A stretch of 64,000 nt of DNA from Octopus sinensis (lineage: Eukaryota): assembly GCF_006345805.1 (NCBI RefSeq), contig NC_043014.1, positions 41,726,001 through 41,790,000 on the forward strand. The letters run 5' to 3'. The position numbers and the translations under genes are program-made. Position 1 is the stretch's first letter. Each line of letters begins with the position of its first letter. Shown here in pieces: positions 40,150 through 53,341 of this stretch. The notes under the pieces were generated by a model. It was not told the origin of the DNA. It saw only the letters and a program-made list of their open reading frames with translations, and made no database searches.

Positions 40150-40500
40150 GCATACAGTACTCACCAGGATCACCTGGATCGGCCAGGCGGCCTGGTGCCG
40201 AGTCAGCTCCGGTGGCCACAGCATTCACTCCACTGCCCTCGTGCTCTTGCCATTCTCGTCCACGTTGCTCCAAACATTTTGCTTAAATCATTTTCCAGCC
40301 TGGCTAAATGCCTCCTGCTCGCGCGGGGACCACTCGACAACTACACGGGTCCACCGGTTGTCTATGACCCTTGCAACATGACATGCCCACGTCGACGTCC
40401 TTCACTCCAGTTTTATCCCTGATCTCTTAGCAAGATTCCTAGCACCGAACGTGATCAGATGTTGAGAAGACAGGAGAGAGAAGAACAACATCTGCTTACG
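40150..40500 (-). mobile_element. RTE-clade LINE 3' end
   Basis: WACHVARVIDNRWTRVVVEWSPRE..NDLSKMFGATWTRMARARGQW, typical RTE ORF2 C-terminus. Confidence 0.8.
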
Positions 40501-41395
40501 GCATACAGTAATACGAACCTGTTATATACTATTTCTCAGGCCAATTAAATACTCATTATGAAGATTGAAATTCGTTTGCTCATATGTGGAATAAAGGGTT
40601 TTATGCAGCCCACTAACCAGCGCTGTAGGCCTAAAGGCAAAGTCTAGTAACAGAGCCTTATAGTATTTCTTTATTGTCAGCAAGCCACAGCATACATGGT
40701 TTTACAGATCAGCTTTGAGCTCCGAGATCCGTGGTTGCTTCTCGCAACTGTTCATTGTACTTATGTCTAAACAGATCACATATTATAACTAGCCAAGTAA
40801 TGATTCTACATTGAACATTATTGTTGAGTTATTCGAAGTCAAAATTTGTTGCATATATTGTTATTCATGACGCATAATTATTCCTGCCTTATTTCACTTA
40901 TCAGTTGGAAATAAGAGCCAGTCTTAATAAACAAACGTCAATTGTTATTGTCTTAACCATTTACTGAAATAACTATTGTTCATTTAACAATATGGCGCCA
41001 GATCCGTTCGAATCGTTGTTGCGTATACATGATAACTAATTTTCGTAACAACTCCAATAATGTCATAGGCATGGTCAGTATATATGTATCTGGGATCGAC
41101 GAGGGGAATCAGTTATTTAGGGATTTATCTAATCAGACTTCCAGCCGATTTCTTCTTTGATACAAATCCATTTTGAAAATAGAGGAAAATTATAAAGTTC
41201 CTTTTTTTCCTTTTCGATATGTTTTCAAGAAATATTACAAGACAGCACACATACATGCATGTATGCATGCATGAGGGCGTACATACATACATACATACAT
41301 ACATACCTACATACATACATGCATGTATGCATGCATGCGGGCATACATACATACATACATACTTAGATATATGCATACATATACACGTATATGTT

Positions 41396-41446
<51 letters not shown>

Positions 41447-41699
41447 GCCCAATGGCCAGTGGTTAGGGCAGCGGACTCGCGGTCGGAGGATCGCGGATTC
41501 GATTCCGGAAAGGGGTGGTGGTGACCCCTGTTGTACTCTTTCACCCCAACATTTTCTCACTCTTTCTTCCTGTTTCTTGAGCAATGCTGCGATGGCCTAG
41601 CGTCCCGACCAGCTAGTGGGGAACACATGCGTCACAAAAGCCGGGAAAGCGGGCCCATGATCCCGACTAGGCTTGAAAAGGGTGCATAAATTAAAAAAT
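41447..41699 (+). mobile_element. SINE D head and body with an alternative tail
   Basis: Same head and body as 8908; tail GGGCCCATGA..GACTAGGCTTGAAAAGGGTGCATAA, also reversed at about 12665-12715. Confidence 0.75.
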
Positions 41700-41702
41700 A
41701 TG

Positions 41703-41743
<41 letters not shown>

Positions 41744-42079
41744 CACACTCACACACTCACGCACTCAAACATATAATACAGGATTTTGGAATAACTACAA
41801 AGCTAGAAGTAAAAGCTAAAGTGTTCTGATGCGCGAGTCAATGCACATAATTGTATACATACATACTGACAGCTACGCTAAACAGCCGAAAATGGCAGTC
41901 GTGATATCCCCCACTTTCGACAGCATCAGGGCACTTTCGCTATTATTTTTAGCATTGTAGGCGCTCTAACGCCCTCTGTCATTTTTAATGATAAATATAG
42001 TTTCCACTTTTGGTTATTCATTGCTAAACAGCTGCCTAATTCAATTATACATACATACATACATACATACATACATACA

Positions 42080-42115
<36 letters not shown>

Positions 42116-42494
42116 TGTATATATATAACAAAGTGGAGTTGTAAGGTACCGCACGAGTTGAATTATATATGAAAGAAGGTTTGAAAATGCTATTTTAAAA
42201 GATGTTTATTTACTTTACCGGTTTCACTTTTTAGAAAAAGATTGTCAAAAGTAACATGTAAAAGTTTGGTTGTCTTAATTATTGGTTGTCACAAAATGCT
42301 ACAATACATATATACAGTCTTTGGTAACAAGAACATGTTAACGACATAAAAAAGTTTAACAAGTTCATTAAAAGTTCATTAACAAGTTCATTAAAATATT
42401 GGGCACAAAAGATTACAACATATATATACATTCTCAAGAAAATGTTAAAGATAGTTTCCATAAGGAATTATTAAAAAGTTCAGTGGAATATATT

Positions 42495-42708
42495 GGTATT
42501 GTATTTGTATATACATACACGCACAGAATATTATGAGTTTAAAAAAGTTTACATTATAGTAGTATGGAAGCTCAAACTGAACTGGTCCACCATGTTATCG
42601 TAAAGGACTATGGTGGACCAGGTCAGTTTGAGCTTCCTTACTACTATAATGTAAACTTTTTTAAACTCATAATATCCTGTGCGTGTATGTATATACAGAT
42701 ACAATACC
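42495..42708. repeat. Long inverted repeat: 99-bp arms, 16-nt loop
   Basis: 42495-42593 vs 42610-42708, 4 differences. Confidence 0.95.
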
Positions 42709-42930
42709 TATTTCTTTATTACCCACAAGGGGCTAAACATAGAGGGGACAAACAAGGACAGACATAGGTATTAAGTCGATTATATCGACCCCAGAGCGTA
42801 ACTGGTACTTAATTTATCGACCCCGAAAGGATGAAAGGCAAAGTTGACCTCGGCGGAATTTGAACTCACAACGTAACGACAGACGAAATACCGCTAAGCA
42901 TTTCATCCGGCGTGCTAACGTTTCTGCCAG
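42709..42930 (-). mobile_element. SINE family B, 5'-truncated, TSD ATACAATACC
   Basis: TSD at 42699-42708 and 42931-42940. Confidence 0.9.
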
Positions 42931-43157
42931 ATACAATACCAAGTTGGTTTAGCCTGGATTTGAACTAACAACGCAGTGAGAATATATACTGCAAAATACT
43001 TTGTCGAACATTCTAATGAATTTGTCATTTCTCATTCTTGAGAACATTAGTCAACAATCGTTGTATTTCAATGACTAAACGATATATAATTTGATGGACA
43101 TACAGAGGTACGTAAGCCGAATGAAGAAATCTCTAGTGAGACTTTTTATTTATATAC

Positions 43158-43196
43158 CCGAAGAGACTCAGAATGGGTCGAAACATGTGTTGTAGG
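43158..43196 (+). ncRNA. Degenerate hammerhead-like motif
   Basis: CCGAAGA-GACTC-AGAAT-GGGTC-GAAA-CATGT; 5-bp stem II, stem I poorly paired; followed by AATAAA. Confidence 0.3.
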
Positions 43197-43359
43197 CAAT
43201 AAAGTCTATTACACATTCCATCACCTATCTTCTTAATACTGTTACCCCAACCGTCACTGCGAAGTTACTGCATTAAATCTACGGATAGCAACAGGTAATC
43301 GAAACTGTGCCGGAGCTTTACTCATTATCTATTTCTACATTTTGTATAATTTTCTCCAT

Positions 43360-43460
<101 letters not shown>

Positions 43461-43919
43461 TTATATATATATATATATATATGTATGTATATACATATAT
43501 ATATATATACATAGATATATGCATACGTATATACATTGAATATACTTACCTACATACACACAGTGGCATTTATATATATATGTATGCATATATATGTATA
43601 CATATATGTGTATATATATATTATGTATATGGGTGTGTGTGTGTGTGCATTTATCTGAGAGTAAGAAAGAATAGGAGGGAGAATGAGAAGGAGAGAGAGG
43701 AAGAGAAATTGAAGAATATAGCCTAAAGCTATATTCCATTTATGCTGAATACTAATTTGTCTGTCATTTTAGCATTTGGAATATATTCGTAACATATAAA
43801 GTTGCAAGGAAAATGTTAGTTGTAGCCAACTTTTCATCTACTCCATAGAATCTGATATTAGCTTACCTGGGGCTTGACAGTATATATGTGTATGTGAGGA
43901 TCTGTGTGTTTTGTGTGTA

Positions 43920-44025
43920 TGTAGAGAGAGAGAGAGAGAGAGGGGAAAAAGAGGAGGGAGAGACAGGCAGATAGATAGATATATAGATAGACAGACAGAC
44001 AGACAAATAGATAGATAGATAGATT

Positions 44026-44073
<48 letters not shown>

Positions 44074-44193
44074 TATAGATAGATAGATAGATAGATAGAC
44101 AGACAGGCAGATAGATAGATAGACAGATGGATAGATAGATATAGATAGAGGTTGAGAGAGAGAGAGGGAGAGAAAGAGAGAGAGGGAAAAGGT

Positions 44194-44238
<45 letters not shown>

Positions 44239-44306
44239 GTAGATATAGAGGTTGAGAGAGAGAAAGAGAGAGAGGGGGAGAGAAAGAGAGAGAGAGGGAA
44301 AAGATA

Positions 44307-44372
<66 letters not shown>

Positions 44373-44459
44373 TGATAGATATAGAGGTTGAGAGAGAAAT
44401 TGAGAGAGAGAGGGAGAGAAAGAGAGAGAGGGAAAAGGTGATAGATAGAGGGATGGGTG

Positions 44460-44493
<34 letters not shown>

Positions 44494-44552
44494 GATAGAG
44501 AGGGAAAGTGATAGATGGATGGATAGATAGGTAGATAGATGGATAGATAGAT
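43920..44552. repeat. (GATA)n/(GA)n compound array with higher-order units
   Basis: Unit ATAGAGGTTGAGAGAG..GGGAAAA(GGTG)ATAG.. three times at about 44143, 44244 and 44380. Confidence 0.9.
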
Positions 44553-45789
44553 ACCAGTGGAGCTATGTAAAATAAGACTTGTTGTTGGAACTCTATCCAG
44601 CTCGACACCTAGCAAGGCATTAAAGAATATCAGGTTGCATTCCTTTGTACAGGAAGAAAGAAGACGAGAAAGAATTACCGAGCCGTGTATGTTGTATTTT
44701 GTTAAAGTCGAACACAATTACTTCGTTCGCTAATGACCGTTGTACAAAGTTAACCTGACCAAATGCATTATTTCTCAATTGTGTTCATTAAGAAATGACG
44801 ATGCAGCATTCTCAGCAAAACCCATTGATTCTTGCCTCGTGGTTAAATAAAAGCCTTTTGTCGCTATTTGACACCAGTTAACAATGTAGGAAAGCTTTGT
44901 ACGATGGCATATTGACACTTCGATCAATAGGATTTTTATAAAAGCTTCCCAGCAGAGCTGTTAAATCGGAATCCAAAATAATTATTGATATAATAATATA
45001 ACATGGACAAATCGCTATCCAAATGGTCGTAATCTTTCTCAGCTGATTCCAGTAATGGTAATATGAATAAAATCATAAACTTTAGAATTTAATCAATACA
45101 GACCGACTGTCTTACAATGGCACAATAATCATTATATCTCCCTACAGATTCTTCATAATGGCTGCTTTGAATTATATCGTCAGATACAGATTTTATTCTG
45201 CTTATTAGTTATCTTCATTTTATTTGCAAACTTCCGCTTCTATGTCTTCTAGTAGCTTGTATTTGTGTTTACATTTAGACACTAACATACACATATGCAC
45301 ACAGTATTCACACACAGCTAATATCTATTGTGTATGCATGTGAGGGTCTGCATAGCCACGCATTCAATGATTTAATTAACATTTTTCTCTTTGCGTGTAT
45401 CCTTGACAGAAATGGACTTTTGCTAATTTGTATGCGAGCGTGCGATAACACACGCATCCTCTATTCTGAATTTATGCTTTGATATAGTAGTTGTATATGA
45501 AATCATATGCACATGCAATTATATCTGAACGAAGAGGAAAAACGCTCAAAGTTCAGCAGATTAGTATATATTCCTATAAATTATAGACTATGCATTCAAT
45601 TATCCTGACTACAGATCCATTATCATATGCTTTTGATCTTGAACAAATACACACACATGTATGTATGCATGTATGTACGCCTGTTTGCCTGTTTGCCTGT
45701 CCGTTTGTCTATCTGTATGCCTGTCTTTCTGTATGTAGGTATGTATGTATGCATGCATACATACACACATGCATATATCCGTACATGTA

Positions 45790-46190
45790 TTTCATTATTC
45801 AATTCTATTTCAAAATTTATTGCCAATAGAGAAAGAGCCGGTTTCTAACCAAAACCCAAACCCTTTCATTGGAATTTTAACAAAATCGAGAGTATTTTTG
45901 CATATTTGTGTATATATACAGTATTTGGAGTCAATGCATGTATTGATCTGTGATTTTTTTTGTATGTACGTATTTTCATGCATATATATTTGCATGTATG
46001 GTCATGCGATTATGTGCTTCAGTGATAAACTTCTGGAAAGGTTTGCAAATTTTTATAGTTCCAGTGATGGATTGGATATGTAGTGTTCGAATCAGCTTTC
46101 TCTTTTCTGGTATCTCAAGATTGGTACTGAGGCAGTGTGTTACATATTCCAGCGCTCCAATAATTACAGGTATAAACCTGAACTTCTGGT
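45790..46190 (-). mobile_element. R4/Dong-like LINE 3' end, 5'-truncated
   Basis: ORF 45976-46281: KFRFIPVIIGALEYVTHCL..IQSITGTIKICKPFQKF. Confidence 0.75.
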
Positions 46191-46249
46191 AGATATATGT
46201 ATGTATGTATTTAAGTATGCATCTATGTATGAGTGTATGTATGTATGTC

Positions 46250-46745
46250 ATTATCCAGCTTATATTAAGATTTCCTGCCAACAGAGAAAGAACCGGTTTC
46301 TACTCTAGACCAAAGGTTCCTTCATTGGAATTTCAGCACCAACAACAACAGTATGTATGTATGTATGTATGTATGTATGTATGTATGTATGTATATATGT
46401 ATGTATGCATGTATGTATGTATGTATGTGCAGATTTGCATGTTTTATGTATCTATTCTCATGCATAAGTTGCATATCTAGACAGGCTCATATATATTTAA
46501 ATGATAAACTTCAGGAAAGTTTTACAGATTTTTACAGTTCTAGTGATGGACTGGATCTGTTGTTTTCGAATTAGCTTTTTCCTTTCTGGTTTTGAGAAGC
46601 CTAATTTCTCAAGATTGTTATTTAGGCAATGTGTTACATATCCCAGGGCTCCCAATAATTACAGGTATAAACCTAAACTTATAGTCTGGATAGAGTAACC
46701 GCAGACTTCTAAATAGTTCAACATAGGTGTTCTCTTTTTCACTGA
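46250..46745 (-). mobile_element. R4/Dong-like LINE 3' end, second tandem copy
   Basis: ORF 46618-46821: SEKENTYVELFRSLRLLYPDYKFRFIPVIIG; same 3'UTR as the previous copy. Confidence 0.75.
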
Positions 46746-46769
46746 TATATGTATGTATGTATGTATGTA

Positions 46770-47200
46770 TGTTCGTCATAATCGTCAGTGTTTTAAGCTT
46801 TCTTAGGTAAGCGTTTGACACAGATCAAACGGTGTTCCTATGTTTCTGCAGATATTTTTTGGTCTCTCTTCAGTATATACGTATTATATCGAATGCACCA
46901 CGTGTACCACCCCGACACATGAAGTTCGACGCCGATTCCTTTCATTGCTTTTCCAGAATAATCATCCATAATGATTTGAATATGCTGGATAAATTTTGGT
47001 GTCTTAGTAATGTCCTACGAATCTCTTTTTCTATGTGATATTGTTGAAGCATTCAAGCTAGAGCCTTCAAATTCCATCAGAATTTTGTGTACAAAATCTC
47101 TTGGAACCTTTAGAATGTTGGCAATGTCTGAATCAACCCGTTCCACACATAAGGATACGAGTGTATCCATATGTGTGGAACTAATCGGAATTGTGGATAG
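46770..47200 (-). pseudogene. Tc1/maT-like transposase N-terminal fragment
   Basis: KTPKFIQHIQIIMDDYSGKAMKGIGVELHVS..YILKRDQKISAET.EHRL..KKLKH. Confidence 0.6.
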
Positions 47201-47540
47201 ACTGACTGATGCTTTTTTAGATCAAGTTATACGTTGAACTGGTTTTTAATCCAGCTGAGAAAGAGTTTGTCTTTTAAATTGTTTATGTTCTTCTCATTTC
47301 TTGTGTTAGCATTTTATCTTTCATGGGAGATGAGAATGAAATGAAAGAAAAAAACACCTTCTAAATTGGTTTGAGGAAATTTTCGTTGTCCGCGTGTACT
47401 TTCCTGTCGTAGACGACAGACTAAAGATCCGGAATTTCTTGTGAAATAACCAAAAGAAATTATTTGTTTATAGTAATCAAATATTCAGTTTTGGGATTTG
47501 GTTTGCAAGATTCTTTATATGAGTTCGTGTGTTGAAGCAT

Positions 47541-47795
47541 ATTCTGTTGTGTCTAGGGAGAGTCATTTTCTTTTTGTGCCTTATAATGTAACACACTCAC
47601 CGGTAAAATTTCCACTTATTTCTTATTTTTATTTTCCTAAAATTTTCGTTGCGTCTTGAGAATCAAGACTATTGAAAAGGTTGCAAGACGCAACGAAAAT
47701 TTTTGGAAAATAAGAAGTAAGTGGAAATTTTACCGGTGAGCGTGTTACATTATAAGGCACAAAAAGAAAATGACTCTCCCCAGTCATAACAGAAT
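47541..47795. repeat. Long inverted repeat: ~115-bp arms, 25-nt spacer
   Basis: 47541-47658 vs 47684-47795; near-identical apart from one small indel and a few substitutions. Confidence 0.9.
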
Positions 47796-48492
47796 CAAAT
47801 ATTCGTTCTCTACATAAACTCCCTCCTTTCGTCGATTAGACATATCACGGAGTGCTACATGTCAGATGTCGAAGTGAGCACGGAGCAACGTAAAATAAAG
47901 GAATGTGTACATGAACACGATTCTACTCGGTCCGAGAAACAAAACCACGGTTCACGATGAGTGTAACACACTAACCACTAGGCCTGCACTGGTTTGAAGA
48001 GACTAATATAATGATAACCAAGTGTACTCAAATACTACCTACAGCCTCTGTGTGTGTTTCAATGCACACTTTTTTAAATATTCTTTTATAGACACACGCA
48101 CTCAAAAGTACAGACATACAGACAAACACACTCACATACGCACACGCATATATGTAAAAGTACGGCTGAAAATCTCAACATATTTTTATTTTAAAATATT
48201 TTGCGTGTGCGATAGGAAGGATATTACGCAACCTAAGATTGTATGAAGTTTTTTTTTATAGTTTACTCTTAGAAAATCTATATGCAAGAAAAATTTATAA
48301 TATTTCTCCAATGCTTGATGTAGGAGAAAAAAATCATTAATATATCTGTCGCATTAGATTAAAAAATTATTACTTACTGAATGATTATAAAGATAGAGAC
48401 AGCAAGATGGCATAGGTCGTAGTTTTGCTTCTCTTATGAGTAATAAAAAGGAAAAGTTCTATGTACGTATTTTCATACGTATGTATATATAC

Positions 48493-48527
<35 letters not shown>

Positions 48528-48562
48528 GCATATATATATATGTATGTATATATATATATATA

Positions 48563-48643
<81 letters not shown>

Positions 48644-49659
48644 ATATATATAATATATATATACATATATATATATATGCATAACTTTACATATATATAT
48701 TTATATTTATATGTATATATATATATATATTTACATGTGTTTATACACACACACACGTATATCTTTACACGCACTCATACCTATATACATACAACTGCGC
48801 ACGTGGACACACTCCCATACACACATATATATCTTCAAATAACGCAAGCAAATTTTTTTTTTTCATAATCTCAGTTTACATAAAAAAAAATATGATGCCT
48901 TATGGATATATGAATAATAACAACCATATGCACGAAACACTTATATGAATAAACATGCCCAAAGTTTAAATACAAATTATATATTTCATTTACTGTCGAT
49001 TTGTGGTTAAGCCTTTTAACTCGTTAAGTGATAAAAGATCCTCGTTTCTCAGCCAAGAAAAAAGAGAGAAAAAATATTTTTATAGATTATAGGTAAATAC
49101 AGCAATATATAGAATTTCTCTTCATCATACCATTTCCACTTTGCTATACGATACATCAAATATTAGAAGCAGCCAGCAATAAAACAGTCATTCAACTACA
49201 TGTCTTAAAAAGCAATCAAATACGTAGTGTCAATGAATTAAATTTTTTCATTCTAATCCCCTTCAAGAAAAGATCGTATTACTGGAATTTCGTAAAACAC
49301 GGCAGGTAAGTGTGAAACCCAATGCTCAGCATTATGTCTCAGATTTGGGGTATTTGCAGAATCGTTATTAGAATTGTTGAATCACCATAGAATAAACCTT
49401 GTGGTATTTCTCCCGTCATTCTCCCGTCAAGTTTTGCCGCCCAAATCTTATGTTTCCGGTTTTGTTTCTTTGTCTTTTAGTTCTTTTACTTACTTTTTTT
49501 TTTTACTTGGTATGGCTGGAAAGTCAAGGTGCGTGGCCTGGTGGTCATGGTGTTACACTCAAAGTCGCAGCACAATGCTTTCGGGCGGGCGTTGTATTCT
49601 TGAGCGAAAACACTTTATCTCATGTGTCCTCCAGTTCACTCGGTTATAGGTGTGTAAAA

Positions 49660-49893
49660 GGCGGCGAGCTGGCAGAATCGTTAGCACGCCGGGCGAAATG
49701 CTTAGCGGTATTTCGTCTGCGTTACGTTGTGAGTTCAAATTCCACCGAGGTCGACTTTGCCTTTCATCCTTTCGGGGTCGATAAATTAAGTACCAGTTAC
49801 GCACTGGGGTCGGTCGATGTAATCTACTTAATCCGTTTGTCTGTCCTTGTTTGTCCCCTCTGTGTTTAGCCCCTTGTGAGTAATAAAGAAATA
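49660..49893 (+). mobile_element. SINE family B with 16-bp TSD, nested in an older SINE C-like copy (from about 49527)
   Basis: TSD GGTTATAGGTGTGTAA at 49642-49657 and 49894-49909. Confidence 0.9.
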
Positions 49894-52140
49894 GGTTATA
49901 GGTGTGTAACGCTGGCGAGCCACGTTCGGGGGAATATTGTGATCGGTCACTTGTACGCGATAAAGGTAAGAGATAAAATTACCTTCTCGAGTCATACCAA
50001 CACATAAAGGTTTCCCGATTTCATGGCGTACATATTCCCCACCTGGACGGGACTCCGATCTGTCGCAGAGTTACTCATTACTGCTAGTTAAATGGATTGG
50101 GGTTACGTAAAAGTGTTTTGCTCAAGAACACAACGTGTCACGCGGTCCACAAAATTGCCGGTCTTTTTCCTAAGATGAAAAACCCTATTGACGTAAAACC
50201 AGCGAAACCTTCTCATGTTTAAGTTTGTAATCTAGGATTAAATCTATGCTGGATTAAATCACCTACGTTATTTATTTATATAAGAAGGTGGCGTGCATAC
50301 AGAATTACTAGCAAGCAGTTTTCATCTATCTTAGCGGTCTTCATCCATCTTCACATTCTGAATTTAAATTGAGCCGAGGTCGACTTTGTCTTTAATTTTT
50401 CGAGTCGGTAAAATAAGTACCAGCTGAGCACAGAGTTCGATGTAATCAACTTAACCTCTTCCCGAACTGGCTGGCTTTGTGTCAAGTGTTTCGGTCCGGT
50501 AGGGTACATTACGATTTACGCTGTTCAAATCTGCAGTGAGAGTGACACATTTATCGAGAAATATATCTTTCCTGCACCTGCTGCGTTTCACAAAACGGGA
50601 ACTACCCGTTAAGGTTCTACAAAGATATTTAATTAGCACGAACCAATGAAACATTGATGACATTCCATAAGGAGTAAGAAGCCTGCCTAATATTTTTGTA
50701 GTTCATACAGCTAGTATGAGGAATTAGCACAAAGAGAGAAATGAAATAATTTCCATTGGGAATCGAAATCACTTAATGAGTTTGCTTCGTTAACGGTTAA
50801 TACTATTAAGGTACCTTAAACCCTCTAATCTTTAATGGCCCTTTCCTCAGACTGTAAAGTTAACAATCGTCTGAATCTGGCCTACTATATTACGGTTATT
50901 TCCGTTAATGGCCTCTTGAAGTTTAAAATACCAAATCCCTCATTAGTGGAGAAGTTTGAGACTAAAGATTGCAATGCATTCTATTCTGGTGTTCTATTGT
51001 ACATGTTCTCTTCAACCACTTGGTGAAATAAAAAATGTTCGGTGTAAAATGAAAAAAAAAATACTGCCCCCAAAATCAATTAATAATATCGATAAACAAA
51101 CTTTGTTTAAAACTTGACGCTAACTTTTTAAGTTAGAAATAAAGAAAGAATGCGTAATAGCAATAAAATAAAGATATTTATGTCAGTAGATATTTCTGTG
51201 TGTAAATATTTCTGTGTGTCTGTATGAGAGAATGATAATTGTGTATGTGTTTGCGCGAGAAAGTATTTGTATGCGTGTTGTTACATGTATATGTGTATTC
51301 CTGCGTGTGGACGAGTCCATCATTCAATAATTGTTCATGTGAAGGTATATATAATACACAGAAATAAAAAAAAAGAGAGACAGAAAGAAACAACAAAAAT
51401 GAAAATAAAATAATCATAACAGTAAAAAAGAAATCTTGAAATAAAATTAGAAAATTCAGATTGGAAATAAAATGAATCGGGGAATGTTGAGTCTATTGAG
51501 ATGCTATATTGAGAATTTCATTTCGATAAAAGAGCTATGCCAGCCGGTACTGATTCTAAAGGGAAAGTATTTATTCATTATTAGACGTTTGTGTATATGA
51601 GAACGTTTGTATATGTATACATAAGTATGGATTTACGTACGTATATGCAAGCGGAAGCAGCTTCAGGTTGTAAGGGAAGAGGCTACAACAAGCCTGGTAA
51701 TTAAATTCATTTAGTTGTCTTTAACACAATGACGCTGCAGAAATTGAAAACGAGGCTAGATTAGGAATTCATTTTACAATTTTTGTATTCCATTTTTCCC
51801 TCTTTATGTTTTTCTGTTTTACCGAAGAATTCCTGGAAGTTTCTCTGAGTTTCTGATAGTGACAGAATCTGGCTGCAGGGAGAAATGACACGCTAGATTT
51901 GGTTGCAGAAGCTGAAGAATTTAACTACAACCCAGGAACAATAGCTGTCCTATGATGGCTGAGAAAAGAATTGATTGCATTTTTTTGTTGTTTATATTTT
52001 GTGTTAAATCATTTTCTATTCTTTCTTTTTATTCATATAATTTATTTTTATCGCTCGCAAGAAATATTGGTTCCAAAGTGACAACACATGCACACGCACA
52101 CACGCACACACTCTCATATATATGTATGTATATTTATACT

Positions 52141-52171
<31 letters not shown>

Positions 52172-52284
52172 GCATAAATACATACATACATGTATGTGTC
52201 TGTACGTGTAAGTATGTGAGAATGTGTATAAATATATATATATATATGCACAAAGAGAGATAGGTAGATAGACGGATAGATACA

Positions 52285-52448
52285 GGCGTAGGAGTGGCTG
52301 TGTGGTAAGTAGTTTGCTTACGAACTACATGGTTCCGGGTTCAGTCCCACTGCGTGGTACCTTGGGCAAGTGTTTCTACTATAACCTCGGGCCGACCAAA
52401 GCCTTGTGAGTGGATTTGGTAGACGGAAACTGAAAGAAGCCCGTAGTA

Positions 52449-52534
<86 letters not shown>

Positions 52535-52759
52535 TATATGTATGATGTATGTATGTGTGTTTCTGTGTCCGCCCAACATCGCTTGACAACCGATGCTGAC
52601 GTGTTTACGTCCCCGTAACCTAGCGGTTCGGCAAAAGGAGACCGATAGAATATGTACTAGGCTTACAAAGAATAAGTCCTGGTGTCGGTTTGCTCGATTA
52701 AGTGCTGTGTTCCAGCATGGCCACAGTCAAGCGACTGAAACAATTAAAAGAGTAAGAGT
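52285..52759 (+). mobile_element. SINE family A, full length with expanded internal (TA)n
   Basis: Head, core and tail match the other A copies. Confidence 0.9.
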
Positions 52760-52789
52760 CAATTGACATTTAGGTAGATAGATTGATAC

Positions 52790-52846
<57 letters not shown>

Positions 52847-52871
52847 TAGATAGATAGATAGATAGATAGAT

Positions 52872-52909
<38 letters not shown>

Positions 52910-53283
52910 TGATATATATATACATACATACATAGATAAATAAATAGATAGATAGGTATACATATATACATATACAAATCAATTTATATATTTATATATA
53001 CAACTGGATTAGAAGAATCAAGTGGGACACAAAACGCTCCATTTGAGAAACTGGCTATCAGTTCACACATAAGTTAATTACGATATAATTTAGCATGACT
53101 ATGCATCGGAAAATCCTGCATAGACTGACTGTAATATTTCCACTGTTGAGTTTATAAGGGGAAAAGAAAAATGAGATGTGACGTGCAAAATAATATTTAA
53201 TATTTTCGAATGATTACATCTGTTTCATAATTTATTCCAAATCATTTCATAAAACTCGCTTCACATGTTCGTATATCTGTACA

Positions 53284-53302
53284 TCTATAAAAGGCACGAT
53301 GT

Positions 53303-53341
<39 letters not shown>

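Noticed and set aside
40165-40430. GC-rich stretch with a perfect minus-strand GTGAGT donor, looking like an exon
   Set aside because: Translates to an RTE ORF2 C-terminus; a LINE remnant
48378-51950. Isolated splice-like pairs at about 48378-48432 (-), 49268-49305 (+) and 51828-51878 (-)
   Set aside because: Short, no consistent frame or homology; expected by chance in AT-rich DNA
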